Shown here: positions 39,968-51,706 of the stretch, one piece after another | Position numbering within the stretch: the stretch's first letter is position 1 | Layout: every line of letters starts with the position of its first letter | DNA from: Cyanophora paradoxa CCMP329 | Lineage: Eukaryota > Plantae > Glaucophyta | Assembly (NCBI GenBank): GCA_004431415.1 | Contig: QPMI01000428.1 | Location: 440,514 to 504,513 of the forward strand | Direction of reading: 5' to 3' | DNA: 64,000 nucleotides | Notes under the pieces: generated by a model | Databases searched by the model: none | The model's input: only the letters and a program-made list of their open reading frames with translations | Told to the model about the DNA's origin: nothing | Program-made: the position numbers and the translations under genes

Positions 39968-40466
39968 GTTTTGGGGTACGCGGTCAATTAACGCGGGCGC
40001 TCCAACGACAAGGCAACGGCTCAGCGGGATGTCGGCTGGGCTCAGTAGGGCGAGTTCATCGACTCAGGTGGGCCCCAGGCCCTCCTCCCGACAGGCCAGC
40101 AAGGTCCGGCTCCAAACGTCTCCCCGCGGCCCTGCCACGCTCTCACACCCAAGCACCGTGCAGCTCTCGGTGAACACGAGCTTGAACCGCACAAAGAGCG
40201 CCGCCAGCGTCCGAACGCTGAACCTTTCTGGTCTGCGGCGCTGCTTCCCCGTGCCGATCTGGCGGCCCGCGCTGAGCGCCCCCGCGCGCAGGCTCGGTTT
40301 TGAACCTTAACTCTAGCTGTGCGCACGCTCCCTGCCGCGCCGGCTGGGGCATGCTAATTCCTGCGCAGTCATCACTTCGGTGGCCGCCACGACGCCCAAA
40401 ACGCCGCAGGACCGCCAGAGCGATAGCAGGCAGAACGAAAGCCGCCAGCTGCGCAGCTCTAGCAGC

Positions 40467-42633
40467 ATGGGTGCGTGCCGCCGCGCCGGCGCCCGGGCGG
40501 CGCCCCGCCCCGCTCGATCGACCCCTGCTGAGCGCCCGCCCGGGCCCCGCAGCAGCGGCGTCCTCGAGCAGCAAGCACCCATTCGATCACAGGCTCTACA
40601 AAGAGGTGCGCCGCGCGCCGATCTTCCGCGCTTTAGAGGCGACGCCCTCCGCTAGCCCTCTCCCTCTCCCTATCCCCGACCCCCCGGGCCCTGACGGCGC
40701 CGCAGGTGATGGAGGTAAGGCAGACGGCCCCCTGCGCTCACACCGAGAGAGCCGACTCGCCTCGAGCTAACGCGCGCCTCGCCCGCCCGCCCGCCCCCCG
40801 GCGCAGCTGAAGAGGATATTCGACCAGTATATGTGCGCCGCGGGCCCAGACGTACCGATACAGACGCAGTGCCTCCCGCCGCTTCCGCCCCCGCACCGGA
40901 CCGCCCAATCCAGACCAATCCAGCCCATCCTTCTTTGAGCTAAGCTAGCTGAGGGAACAGCCGCCCCGATCTGCGCCGTCCCACCCATACGTCCCGCCAC
41001 ACCCCGCCCCGCCCCGCCCCGCCCCGATCCGCGCCGCCCCGCCCCGCCAAGCCTTCTCCCTGCCTAAGCTAACCCGCCGTACCCCGCCGACATGCCCCGC
41101 CCACGCGCCCACGCCCACGCCCCGCCTTGCCTTGACGCCACGCGCCGCTGCGCGCCCACCGCCGCTCCAAGTTTTCGCCCCCACCTCACCTCCTCCTCCC
41201 CCCCCCCTCCCCATACGCCCCGCACCGCCCCGCACCACCGCCGCTCCACGCTTTCGCCCTCCCACGTCCCGCCCACGCCCACGCCCGCGCCCCGCCCCGC
41301 CCTGACGCCGCGCGCCGCCGCGCGCCTCACCCCCCTCACCCCCCCCTCCTCACCCCCTCACCCTGACACCTCCCTCCTCCTCACCCCCCTCCCCATACGC
41401 CCGGCCCCGCCCTGACGCCGCGCCCCTCGCCTCGCCCCTCGCCGCAGCCACGGGAAGACGGGCCTGCTGACACCCGAGTCCTTCGCCCAGTCCCTCGCCC
41501 GCTGGGCCCCCCACCTCGCACCCCAGGCACGCCCCGCCCCGCCCCGCCCCGCCCGGCCTTGGATCTATACTTCATACCCCTCCGAGACCCCTCGCCTGAT
41601 TCTGGGGCCCTCGCCCTGCCGCCGCCCCGCAGGCCGTCACCATGTTCGACGCCCTTGGTCCGTACCACCGCCCGCCCGCCCGCCGCCGCACCCCCAGATC
41701 TGAACTCGGCACCCCATCTCCTCCCCCACCAGACCACTACGGGGACGGGTACGTCACGTTTCGCGAGTTCCTTGCGGAGATGCATCCCACGGCGACGGAC
41801 CGCGAGCTCGACCGTATGCTCGACTACATCGTGCGATTGATTGGATTCAGTCCGATTGAGTTTGATTTCGACTTGATGCGATCCGTCGCGCAGTACCCCC
41901 CTCCGGCGCCGCCGCCCAAACCGCAGCCGAGCGAGGTGCACGCGTACCCTCCCCCCTCACCCCTTCCCGGGGTACGCCCGCGTTCGAGCCCTACCCCAGG
42001 AGCAAATGGACGAGGTGCGGGCGATCTTCGACGTGTACAACAAGAGCAAGACGGGGTGCGGACCGCGTACCCCCTTTCCCCTCCCATCCCCGGCGACGTC
42101 TAAGATCCCGTACCCCGCGCAGCTACATTACATTCCAAGAATTTAGGGAGGCGGCGGGTGACCTGATGAGCGACGAGGAGGTGCGTGGGGGTACCGTTGC
42201 CTCCAATCGCGTATCCACCTTGACCGTCCCGGGGGGGGGGTACAGGCGAGGGAGGCTTTCCTGAAGCACGCGCGGCCGAGCCCGCCGAACCCAGTCTCTG
42301 CGCGGGGGCCCCTCACCGACCGGCGCGAGCGGTACTGTGCGCGCGCGCCGGCCACGTTCCGGGCGGGGTACGCAATTCCCGGTTCTTATGGGGGGTACAG
42401 CGCTGGATTTCCAGGGGGATATCCCGGCGCGGGACGTGGAGGCGGCGAAGAAGAGTAACCCCCCGGGGGGCGAATCCGGGCTCGACAACCTCCGGATGGA
42501 CTTCGACGACTTCTTCGCTTTCTTTGAGGTGAATTCTCTTTCATTTTATGAGTTTCAGGCGTCTTATACCTTACGGGGGGTACAGGATTCGTACTTCTTG
42601 AGACTCAGCCTCTGGGGCGGCAAGGTACTCTAG
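40467..42633 (+). CDS. EF-hand calcium-binding protein, multi-exon
   Basis: Spliced EF-hand loops MFDALDHYGDGYVTFREFL and IFDVYNKSKTGYITFQEF, plus two degenerate hands. TAG at 42633. Start uncertain. Confidence 0.75.
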
Positions 42634-43198
42634 ATCTAGCGTCGGGGGGGCGGCCCCGCGCGTCCGCCTCATTATCGATTAATTATTGTAACAAACAAGC
42701 AAGCACTGATTCGTAGCTATATAGCGCTGTGTCGAGCCTGCATTCTCGCTAGAATGCGCCTGGTTAGCTTCGCTGCAATTAGACCCGACCGCGCCGCCTT
42801 CCGAAGTTCCCCTCCAAGCCTGGAAGCTTAGAGCTCAGCATCGCAATTGATGCGTACGAGAACAAAAGTCGCTATCCTGATTACTAGCTATAGTTAATAG
42901 CTAACAACGCCATGCATATGGCCATGGCCGCCAGAGCTAGTTGACCCAGGCGCCGGCCTAGCTATAGGGGCAGCTGCGGGATCTTCCAATTGCAAGCGCT
43001 AGCGGCCCCGGTCCCCGGCCCCGCCCGCCGCCTACCGGCACCCGGTGACCGCGGGCCGCGCGCGGCGCGCCCCGGGCCCGGCCGATATCGATCAAAAGAA
43101 TTTCATATAGGATTCCGAATATTCGAATATTGAATTTTTCGATCGGAGTCTGTACCCCAGAGATCGCCCATCGATCGGACCTCGACGCAGCGACGCGC

Positions 43199-46100
43199 AT
43201 GACAACGTTAACGCCTACGGGAGACGGGACCGCTTCCGGCCGATCCTCGCGCGAGCTCCAGCGGGAGCGCACCCTGAGCACAGCGAGCGAGGGCGGCTCG
43301 AGCGAGCGCCTCAGCTCCGCCCTGCGGATCTGCTTGTGCTGCCTATGCGAGAAGTCGAATCTATTCACGTTCGGTGCGCGGTCCGCGTGGGCACCAACCG
43401 GCGATCGCTTTCGCTCCGACCAACAATGCCGCGCAGGCGAGGCCTGGATCCCGAGCGGATTCGACTCCCTCAAGCTCAGCGATGCATTCCACGTACATTC
43501 CCACAGCGATAAGGACTTCAAGAAGTGGCGAGAAGTCTCCAAGGCCATCAAGTTCCGCGTCGGTGGGCCGCGGCCTCGCCCGAGCGCGCATCGTGCGCCA
43601 TTCTTCCCGACTGACGGCGTATGCGGCGGCCGGGCTCCGCCGCGCACAGACAAGGGCCTGCCCGGCCGGTGTTTGACCCGGGATGGCGGTGCGGCCCGCT
43701 TCGCCGGCCCCCGCCTCGGAGCCTCACCCCTCTGCTCGCGGCAGGTCCGGAATGGATTCGGGACGTGCGAACGGAGCCCCCCGACGTGCGCCGCTCCGCC
43801 CGGCCCGGCGCGGTTGCCCCCTCGGCGCTCGCTGACCGCGGCCGCCGCCGCGCCGCGCCCGCAGCGCTTCCTTCGCGGGGACGCCGCGCGCGAGATCGGG
43901 CTCGGAGCGGCGGTCTCCATTCCGATCTTCTCCGACACGTTCAACCGCTCTGGGACCATCGTCGCGATCCTGTGCCTCTTCGCGGAGCGCGCCGCGGATC
44001 CCGACACGGAGCTGCAGGACGATCTTCTCTCTCTCGTGACCGCGATGCTCGCCACGGAATGGTTCAGGTCGACCTTCGTCGACGTACCCGGCATGTTCCC
44101 CCTCTCGACCCCCATGCAGGCGCGCCCCGTCTCTCCCTTTCTTCTCGTTTCTCTTGTACCCGGCCTCGCTCACGCCCCCCTTCGTCGCTCAGCAACTGAG
44201 CCTGCAGGGGGCGTCCCACGGCCCGCCCGACAGCCGCCCGGCCCCGTCCAACTTCCCCCTGGAAGGCCCAGGCCCCGCCCACCCGCCCACGACCACCCCA
44301 GACAAACCGCGCGTCCTCATCGTCAGCCGCCGTCTCTTCCGGAAAGGGAAGTGGGTCGACTTCGTGGTTCGCGTACCCCCATTCGTCCCCCCCCCCCGCA
44401 TCCTTCCTCGTCCTTACCCGCCACAGGGTGAGTACCACCTGGATTTGATCTTCCGCTTCGGCGCTGTACCCGTCGTGGTTCCCCGCGTGGCGGGTACGCT
44501 CGACAACATCGACCGGTACGAGCCGATGCACGGGCTCCTCATGTGCGCAGTAGCCCTCTCTCTCCCCTTTTCCTTCCTTTTCCTTCCTTTTCGTTTCTTG
44601 CTCCTACTCCTACGCCCCCTCCCCCTACCCCCCCTCACTTCTTCCCCCCCCCCCCGCCAGGATCGAGGGGGAGGACATCGATCCGAAGTTCTTCGCGTCG
44701 ACGTCGTATGACACCCTTTCGCCGCACGCCAAGGCCAAGATGGGCGAGGTGCGCCCTTCCCCCCCCCCCCCCCCCCCCCCCCCCCCCGTTTCCTAAGCCT
44801 AAACCTGTACTGCGCCCCTCTGACCCTTGTCCTCTCCTCTCCTCTCCTTTCCTTTCCTTTTCAGATCCACAAGGCGGACATGGAGACGGACAGCATCAAG
44901 GACGAGATCGAGATGGAGCTCTCCCGCCGCTGCCTCATGCGCGGCGTGCGCCCCGCCCCCGCCTTTGCCCCCGCCCCCGCCCTCCCGCTCCGCTCCGCTC
45001 CACCCATCCCGCTAGGACCCCTTCCGCCCCAGCTGCGGCGCCTCGGAGCCCCAGCCCGGCTCCGAGCGGGCGGCGTCGGGCCCCCGCCCCGCCCCCGCCC
45101 TCCCGCCCATCCGCTAGGTCCCGTTCCGCCCCCGCTCTAGGCATTGTTTCCCCAGCAGCGGGCCCCGCCGCCCCGCTCCTGCTCCCCCGCCCAGCTCCGA
45201 CCCCAAGCCTCCCAAGCTCTAGACCCCGCTTGCGCCCCGGCGCTGCCTCGTGCGGCGCCCCTCCGCCCGCCGCCCGCCGCCCGCCGCCCGCCGCCCGCCG
45301 CCGCCCCGCCCCGCCCGCCCGCCCCTTGCTCGCCTTAGAACACGGCCGCACACGCCGCGGCGCCGCCGGCCCCAGCAGCCCCCTCCTGCCCGCCTCCCCC
45401 CCCCCCCCCCCCCCCCCTTCCCTCGGCTCACGGGGAGCCCGGCAGGCGCCGATCTTCGGGATCTGCCGGGGGTGCCAGCTCCTCAACCACATCTGCGGCG
45501 GCTCCCTCTACCAGGTCCGAGCCTCCGCCCGCCCCTAGGGCTTAGGAGGACGTAAAGATTTATCATGGGGGGCTTGTCTTGGGGGGCTTTGCGCCCAGGA
45601 GGACGTCCTCCCCCCGGGCTCTAGTTCTCTCGTTCTAGTTATATTCCTCTAGTTATATTAGAGCCTCCACTCCTAGGGCTCAGGAGGGCGTAAAGATTTA
45701 TCTATCCCGGCTTCCCGCCCGCTTCGAGAGCTGGGGGCGCCACCGCTTCTAGAACGGAAGCCCGCCTAGCGCCTCCGCCACGCCCCGCTCCTAGCTGGGC
45801 TTAGCGCGTCGCGTACCCGTCGCGAGCGCCGCAGCTTGGCCCGCTTGGCCCCCTCCCCTGACGCCGCCTTCCCCCCCCCCCCCCCCCTTTTTTCCTTCCG
45901 CAGGACGTGATGCTCCAGAAGGGCTCCACTCTCTCCCACATCGATTGCGCGTACCCCGCCCCCCCCCACCCCCTTCGCCCGCCTTCTCGTTCGTACCCCT
46001 CTGATCCTTCCTCACCCCGCTCCCCACGCCCCCGCAGACGCGAACTACGACGGGTACCGGCACCCGATCCGCATCGAGCGGAACACCCCCCTCTTCGACT

Positions 46101-47179
46101 GGTTCGGTGCGCCCTCTCCGTCCCCTTCCTCCCTCCCCCTCCCACTCCTACTCCCTCTCCCCCCCCCCAACCCCAACCCCAACCCCAACCCACCGGCTCC
46201 TCCTCTCCTCCTCCTCCTCGGTCCCCAGGCCCTCGCCCTCGGGGGAATGATGGCGCTGCCTTGGCTTGACGGCACGCGGCCCGGCCCCCGCCCCCGCCCC
46301 CGCAGGTCAGGAGCACCTGATGGTCAACTCGTACCACCACCAGGTACTCCTCCCCGCCCCGCCCCGCCCCGTGCCCTTTCCCTCCGGCGCCCCGGCGCAC
46401 AACCCTCGGCTATAGCGCCAGCCAGCACCCCGCCCCTAGCGCGGAGCCTCGTTCTGAGCGCGCACCCCGGACCTGACCTCGTACCCCCCAGGGCGTCAAG
46501 CGCCTCGCGCCGAGCTTCAAGCCCATGGCCTTCGCCCCCGATGGTGCCCCATTCCCCCTCTCCCCCCCCCCCCCCCTCTTCCTTCCCACTCTCCCCCCCT
46601 TCCTCCCGTCGCCCCTCACGTCCGTTCCCCCCCCCCCTCCATTCCCCCCCGCAGGGCTCATCGAGGGCTTCTACGACCCCAACCACCCCTTCCGCATCGG
46701 CCTCCAGTTCCACCCGGGTACGTACCCCTCCCGTCCTCCTCCCCTATCCCCCCCCTCATCACCCCCCCCCCGCAGAGCGTATGATGAGCGAGCACCCGGG
46801 CTGCGCGCGGCCCTTCCAGGCCTTCGTCAACGCCACCAAGAGCTACATGGTCAAGGTGCGCCTAGCTAGGCTCATAATATATAACACGATGAATAGATAA
46901 TCTTGATCTAGACAAGCTATAGCTCCGCTCCCGAGCACCGTGTCCAGCATCGATTGCATTTGATAAAGAGCTGGAAGCATGCTAGCCCAGATCCTGCCGT
47001 CCTTTCGCCCCGCTCCCAATCCTCGAAGATATAGCGCAGCTGAGCGCCCTGCCGCCCTCGTTCTTCGCTCGCAGGTGGCGTCCGTGGGCGTGCACACGAC
47101 GCACTTCCGCCCCGCGGCGAGGCTCGGGCCGGTCGGGGACCGCCTCATAGGCTCCGAGTCCTTGTCGCCCAAGCAGTGA
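43199..47179 (+). CDS. GAF domain (NLP-like) fused to a class I glutamine amidotransferase / peptidase C26 domain (GAT1_2.1/PuuD-like)
   Basis: N-part: EAWIP...[10 protein letters not shown]...GLPGR...PEWIRDV...[22 protein letters not shown]-part: [43 protein letters not shown] (catalytic Cys), VNSYHHQG, DGLIEG, GLQFHPE (His/Glu). The last exon is tentative. Confidence 0.85.
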
Positions 47180-48149
47180 ATGTGAGTCACTGAACTCGGT
47201 CAGTTAGTGGGCCAGTGGCTCGCGCCGCGTTGTTTCAGCCGTTTTCGGCTTCTTTTTGGCAGCCCCGTTGTACCCTATCCGTATCAGTATTATTCGTAGT
47301 TTCTACAATGCAGACAGACAGCTTTTGGAGATCCCCGTTTTACAGGCGCAGGATGTCGCCAGACCAGTTTTGTTGCTACTACGTATACTCCTAAAGACCG
47401 ATCCCGGAGTCTGCACCTCCCAAGTTGTAAACAACGGAAGTTTTGGCCTCGGAGCGCGGCCTTCCCTGTTAGATTTAATTAGGCCCTGCCGCGTGCCACA
47501 GTGGCCCTGTAGTTCCTCAGAGTCTGGGTGGTTTTGACCTGTAACGTTAGCTATAGCTATAGGTCCTAATTCTTCTGAATGCCCGGTCGTCGATTCTCTG
47601 GGGTCTCCTCATGTCTTTTAGCTCTCGCTGAATGTACACTTGTACTCGCTAGAAGCAGGCGCGCGTGTTATTCGTTCACCACGAAATTTGGAGAATTGAG
47701 GCTTATCATTCGATCGAGAGGCCCGGCCCTGACTTGCAAACCCCCCCCTCCCTGCCTGGCCGGACCTATCCGAGCAACTTTTTTTTGTAAACCCCCCCCC
47801 CCCCCCCCCCCCCGAGCTCTGGGCTAGAGAAGGGGGAGAAGCAACTCGAATTTGAAGACTCGAGCTCGCGCGATCGATCGAGCTAGTGTCGAGAACTAAG
47901 GGGGATCCGGACGTACGTACGTATACGTACTGGAATCGGAATTCGATCGAAGGGGATCGGGCCAAGGCCGGATTACGTACGCGCAATGATCGAAATCGAA
48001 AGCTAGGGGAATGTTTTAAAGAAGGAGACGGATCGAAGGTGACATATTTTTTTGCAATCGCGGGAGCCTTTCAAGTTTTCTCCTCTAGATCTCGCGATCG
48101 GGACTCCACAAGCAGTTCTCAGTCACAGGGCCTGCGGTCGAGATAAATC

Positions 48150-49466
48150 ATGCCGGGGGGCGACACAGGTGACGCCAGCGACACGAGCCGCGACCTAGGT
48201 AAGAAATACACGCGAAATTTCGTGAGCTCGAGGATTTCGCGCACTCATTCTTCGCCAGACTTCGTCGACGCTACCTCGGGGGCCCGCGAAAGTGCGCATC
48301 AGGATGTCGGCGCACTCCCCTCCACGCTTCGAATTCTGGGCTCTCGCGGCGGTGGCCAAGGTGTGCAATTGCAAGAAGGCGCTCTCGCCCAAGAACTAAT
48401 TCGCGCCCTCGCCCTCGCCCTCGCCCATGGCCAGCGCTGTTCGCGATGGTGCTGTCCATCGCCATCGTGTACTTGGCCACGGGCTATCAGGCGGCGATCC
48501 AGGCCAAGTCGGTCAGCCGACGGACGTCGACTGATGTCGACGTCGTTTCTTCGATCTTGCTAGCTGCAGCTGATCTTCGAGGCTTCACGCACAGATAGAG
48601 CAGGCCGCTGATTTCAAGGAGCTGGCCCGGGCGGTGCACATGCTCATGCACGATAACGAGTAACGTTAACGATTGAGGCGAGGGGCTTGCAGATTACGAC
48701 CGTCGCGGAGCGTGCAGCTGCCTCCGAAAGCAAATTAGTCGAGGAGCGCGCAGCTGCCTCCGCCACCGCGGAGCGCGCAGCTGCCTCCGAGGCCAAAAAT
48801 CGCGCGCTAAACGTGAGTACGCTAATATTTCCTTCTATACATCTATTTCCGCGCGATAAATATACATCTATTTCCTTTCGCCGCATATGCATACCCGATT
48901 TGCAAGCTCGAATAGGAATCGATATGATTTTCCCCTACATTAAATTTGCCTTCGCGCGCGCGCAGGAAAGCCTCCACACTGCCAAGCAGGAAATAGAGGC
49001 GCAGAAGAAGCGTGCGGAGAACGCAGAGGCAGATCTTGCGGTGCGGTAAAATATCGAATTCGCATCCCTTCTAATTTCTTGAAGTCTTTGTTCTAATTAT
49101 ATATATAATCGTGAGCTTTGTCCCATGATCAGGCTGCCAGTCGGGAGATTCAAGTCGGTCCTGGCCCCGGGGCGAAGATCATAGACGCCGTGCGACGTGC
49201 CGTGCCGGGCCAAACCATCCGGCTCGCCCCAGGCCGGTGCGTCATGATTAGATACATATGCGCTTGCAGTTCGTGCAGATATCGATGCGCAGCACGCGCA
49301 GGTATTATTTGAAAGAAACCTTGATTTTGGACAAGGATGTCCGCATCGTTGGGACGCGGGAAGCCGTGCTGGAGTGGGATAAGGACGCATCTATTCAGAC
49401 CTATGGCGCCATTCTCTGCACAGGCCCTGCATCGCCACGCCTGGAAGGACTCACCGCTCGCATGGG
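48150..49466 (+). CDS. Host coiled-coil plus right-handed beta-helix protein, interrupted by the viral element
   Basis: Coiled-coil exons (ERAAAS repeats, AKQEIEAQKKRAENAE) are followed by IIDAVRRAVPGQTIRLAPGRYYLKETLILDKDVRIVG, a typical beta-helix cap. Coding-like sequence stops at the compositional switch. Confidence 0.6.
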
Positions 49467-49791
49467 GGTGAGCCCCACCAATTGTGCGACCTTCCCGCGA
49501 CCATTTTCAATAAGCACATTTTCAGCATCACGAATCTCAGTCACAAAATCACAAATTCGCACTGAGCCACACTGTATTTTTCAAACATCTAACCCCTCCT
49601 TACTGAAACCAATCACAAAAACCTACATATAATCTTTTCTCTAATTCCTTACCATTCCCAGTAAGCCCTTAAACCCTCCCTCGATTTCTCAGTAAGGACA
49701 GTAAGACCCCTATTTTTACGAAATGTTCCCGATCGTTTCCGGACTGTTTTCAGTTAGCCAAATTGAAAAATCAAGGTGAGCCCCACCAATT
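49467..49791 (+). repeat. 17-bp direct repeat GGTGAGCCCCACCAATT bracketing the non-coding element end
   Basis: Exact copies at 49467-49483 and 49775-49791. Confidence 0.9.
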
Positions 49792-49838
49792 AAACAAGTG
49801 ATCCCCACTTAAAGACTTCCCGATAATATACTGTAACA

Positions 49839-50162
49839 ATGGCAAGCGATCAAGTAACTCTACCTGAGAGTAAGCAATGCAATGTATGCAACAAGGTAAA
49901 ACCGGCATCGAGTTATACATTGCAAAAGGGTAGCTCAGGAAGTATACTTTTGAATTGGAGATGCAAAGTCTGCGAACGTGACTATCGCAATTACCTTTAT
50001 CATTTCGTGTTAAAAACGCGTCCGAAGATCGAAGTACAATCGAAGATATGCTCGCACTGCAAGATTGAGAAGCCTGCAAGCGAGTATAATAAAAAACAAA
50101 GCACAAAGGATGGTCTCTACTATCAATGCCGAGAATGTTATAGTAAAACTCGTAAGAGTTAA
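49839..50162 (+). CDS. Small viral Zn-finger protein (two K.C..C...KP..Y...C..C modules)
   Basis: Four CxxC pairs in two similar modules, resembling Zn-binding modules at the N-terminus of phage HNH/EndoVII proteins. No nuclease domain is present. Confidence 0.7.
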   Translation: MASDQVTLPESKQCNVCNKVKPASSYTLQKGSSGSILLNWRCKVCERDYRNYLYHFVLKTRPKIEVQSKICSHCKIEKPASEYNKKQSTKDGLYYQCRECYSKTRKS

Positions 50163-50379
50163 AACCGAATTTCATTTTATATTTTTTAAAGCGAGTTTGT
50201 GCATGAGCAAGCATGCCGAAAATGCCCACCTGCACAAACTTGCGCACCCCATCGACAAAGTACGATGATCGACGAAGTACGACGATAGACCACGTTAAAA
50301 TAAACTCGCGCCCCGCCCACTATGCAAGATACATGCCTTTCTTATGCATGATCTATGTAAAAACAATTATTTCAATGCC

Positions 50380-50643
50380 TCATTCCTCAGCAACTGTATT
50401 ATACTCGATGCCTTTCTTTACGGTTCCCCTTTGGAATGCCTGTAATACAATGGCTTCCTTTGAGGTTGGTATTTGAACTCCTGATGAGATGCAAGATTGA
50501 ATTTCTTTTTGAACAATATCATCGATTGCGATTCTTGCCCTATTGTGAACCACATTATCAATCCAATCCTGAACGGATAAAGCGCAATACTCCATTCCCA
50601 ACTTCTCAATATCAGATAGAACTACTTGGTATATATTTGACAT
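50380..50643 (-). CDS. 87-aa phage-like protein downstream of the C1q fibre (possible fibre partner or chaperone)
   Basis: Motif SVQDWIDNVVHNRARIAIDDIV...IPTSKEAIV recalls small proteins that follow C1q-domain fibre genes in aquatic phages. This is recognition from memory, not a search result. Confidence 0.55.
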   Translation of the reverse strand: MSNIYQVVLSDIEKLGMEYCALSVQDWIDNVVHNRARIAIDDIVQKEIQSCISSGVQIPTSKEAIVLQAFQRGTVKKGIEYNTVAEE

Positions 50644-50664
50644 CTCTACTTAATAGAGAGAAAA

Positions 50665-51684
50665 TTATGTGATACTTAGAAGTTCACCTGTGAAAAGTGT
50701 TCTACTTGAATAACTACCTGTGGAACCTGTGACAAGTGTTACATACTCACCAGCAGGAACATTGATAATTGCACTGAGAGTAAGAGGTTTTGTTGTGATA
50801 GTGGAATTAGCTTCTACTGAAATGTTAACTCCATTGGGTAAAAGATTATTTTTCAGAAAACTAAGACTTATTGCAGCACTTGTTGTTGAATTGGTATATG
50901 CTGTAAATCTATAATCACCTGCAACAGGAGCTGTAAACCTTCCATTAGTAACATCGAATGACCCTGTATTATTTATCAAAACGGTTGTCCAATTGATCAG
51001 AGCGGCTGCACTTGTAGCAACATGAGTATATCCAAGTTGAACAGAAAATCGTGGCTGAGAAACATATTTTAAATAGCTTGAATTCAGAGTCAAACGATTG
51101 GCTTCCAGTGTTGCAAAAAGATCACTGTTACGTTTTAACAGCAGATTAACATCTGCTCCTGTATCTATTTCAGGAGTGACCACCTTGGTTGATGCTGTTA
51201 TTATTGATTCTGTGGAATTGGGAATACTAATTCCAGCATTTGCTGTTACCAATCCTGTAAATGTGCTTGTTCCTGTTATGCTTACTTGATTGGCTGTAAG
51301 GGTTCCATCAATCCTTGCCCCATCTCCAATATAAGCGCCTCCACTTCTTACTACAAGAGCTGAGTTATTGATGGTGTTGTCAAAGGTAACAATCTTTGGT
51401 GTGGTGAACCCTCCCACATCATCATAAATTGCTGAATCTGATACAATCTGACCTGATTGAACTTGGTTCTTGTTTGAGACTATTAGACCTGTGGTTCTCA
51501 CCTTGCCTGCATTTCGATCACATCGAATTTCTTTGCATCTGATCACAGAATGTTGAGAGAATGAATCGGCTCCTGTGGTCTCTGTGCAAATGAAACCTGG
51601 GGTAGCATCTGTTACTGTATGGTTGAGTTGATGCAATTTCGGCGCTGCATAACAGAAAACAGGAACAGCTATTTGTGTAGACAT
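50665..51684 (-). CDS. Viral fibre protein with C-terminal C1q/TNF-like head (paralog A)
   Basis: Intact 339-aa ORF with a beta-rich shaft and C1q signatures PRFSV, NNTGSFDVTNGRFTAPVAGDYRF, GEYVTL and FTGELL. Confidence 0.8.
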   Translation of the reverse strand: MSTQIAVPVFCYAAPKLHQLNHTVTDATPGFICTETTGADSFSQHSVIRCKEIRCDRNAGKVRTTGLIVSNKNQVQSGQIVSDSAIYDDVGGFTTPKIVTFDNTINNSALVVRSGGAYIGDGARIDGTLTANQVSITGTSTFTGLVTANAGISIPNSTESIITASTKVVTPEIDTGADVNLLLKRNSDLFATLEANRLTLNSSYLKYVSQPRFSVQLGYTHVATSAAALINWTTVLINNTGSFDVTNGRFTAPVAGDYRFTAYTNSTTSAAISLSFLKNNLLPNGVNISVEANSTITTKPLTLSAIINVPAGEYVTLVTGSTGSYSSRTLFTGELLSIT

Positions 51685-51706
51685 TCTTTATATTATACAA
51701 ACAATA

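Noticed and set aside
1-47200. Many Arg/Pro/Gly/Ala-rich ORFs in the six-frame track
   Set aside because: Expected in very GC-rich DNA. They run through C-rich introns or lie antisense to recognisable spliced genes.
47250-47560. Possible structured ncRNA or small element between genes
   Set aside because: No recognisable tRNA, snRNA or snoRNA boxes or terminal repeats could be supported by eye.
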